Positions 16,350 to 16,658 of a stretch of 16,658 nucleotides of DNA are shown piece after piece. A program made the translations under genes and the position numbers. Each line of letters starts with the position of its first letter. Position 1 is the stretch's first letter. The notes beneath the pieces were generated by a model. The model made no database searches and had not been told where the DNA came from. It saw only the letters and a program-made list of their open reading frames with translations. The stretch is from assembly GCA_050010515.1 (NCBI GenBank), contig JBEKKX010000048.1, positions 1-16,658 on the forward strand. Reading direction: 5' to 3'. The DNA is from Candidatus Bathyarchaeia archaeon. GTDB taxonomy: Archaea; Thermoproteota; Bathyarchaeia; Bathyarchaeales; Bathycorpusculaceae.

Positions 16350-16385
16350 CCTTATCTGGAAGAAGTTTCCAGAAACAATTTATAA
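16350..16385 (+). promoter_or_regulatory. Unit 2: perfect palindrome TCTGGAA-N5-TTCCAGA plus BRE/TATA-like motif
   Basis: CCTTATCTGGAAGAAGTTTCCAGAAACAATTTATAA, 177 bp after the unit 1 motif. Confidence 0.55.
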
Positions 16386-16423
16386 GCCCCAAGTACTTAT
16401 ATGAAACGTAAGGTACCAAAGAC

Positions 16424-16485
16424 CGTGTGCCCAGCGGGTCACGGGGTATCCAGAGGAGGCAACGTCCGCGATACAATGGCATACG
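16424..16485 (+). ncRNA. Candidate structured ncRNA, copy 2 (62-nt hairpin core)
   Basis: Closing stem CGTGTGCC/GGCATACG with a compensatory C-G to U-A change and an A-U to G-U change versus copy 1; followed by a T-tract at 16498-16502. Confidence 0.6.
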
Positions 16486-16658
16486 ACACCTGAACTCTTT
16501 TTGCTCACTCAAGCTCTAAATCAAGCGTTTATTTATTAGAAAGAAATGGAAGATACGGCGTAACCTTTGAATGAGGAAGCTTTTCTGGGTGAGGAAGCAT
16601 GGCAGCTCCTGCACCCGGAGGCGGCGTTTGCATGCTGTGAGCAACTGCCAAAGCTAGT

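Noticed and set aside
16252-16485. CRISPR array, H/ACA or C/D guide, HDV-like ribozyme, SAM-I or ZTP riboswitch readings of the repeat
   Set aside because: The repeat (62 nt) and spacer (110 nt) are too long for CRISPR and no cas gene is present; ACA, box C/D, GCGAA and AUCCAGAG look-alikes each occur in only one copy or lack the required pairings.
16330-16512. 60-aa minus-strand ORF (and 15901-16086, 15996-16184)
   Set aside because: Overlap the hairpin, promoter block or EVE gene; no protein-like features.
16600-16650. GC-rich possible hairpin (TGGCAG...CTGCCA) about one repeat period after copy 2
   Set aside because: No sequence similarity to the 62-nt motif, weak pairing, and too close to the window edge to interpret.

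Overview
Archaeal window, most consistent with Bathyarchaeia (inferred from gene content, not from a search). It is dominated by a 10-gene minus-strand operon (10978->1314) in complex I/Fpo order A-B-CD-H-I-J-K-L-M-N. The catalytic subunit keeps both [NiFe]-binding motifs (RICGICxxxH, DPCFSCTDR-stop) and the small subunit keeps CxxC, so this is a group 4 energy-converting [NiFe]-hydrogenase with complex I architecture (matches the 'Hfo' Fpo-like hydrogenase as I recall it being described in Bathyarchaeia). Its antiporter-like subunits have lost several canonical central-axis Lys/His residues, mostly to acidic residues, and its NuoI has an interrupted first Fe-S motif. Flanking genes: 3' end of an MFS transporter, small membrane ORF, GNAT, flippase-like (LPG synthase TM) protein, small Cys/His ORF, membrane-anchored wHTH regulator plus cohesin-like surface protein, and a Zn-ribbon-EVE protein. 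Non-coding features: a 230-bp MITE-like element with an 8-bp flanking duplication, a 10-bp-period repeat array, and a tandem ~175-bp unit made of a palindrome, a promoter-like motif and a 62-nt covarying hairpin (candidate unassigned ncRNA) divergent from the EVE gene.
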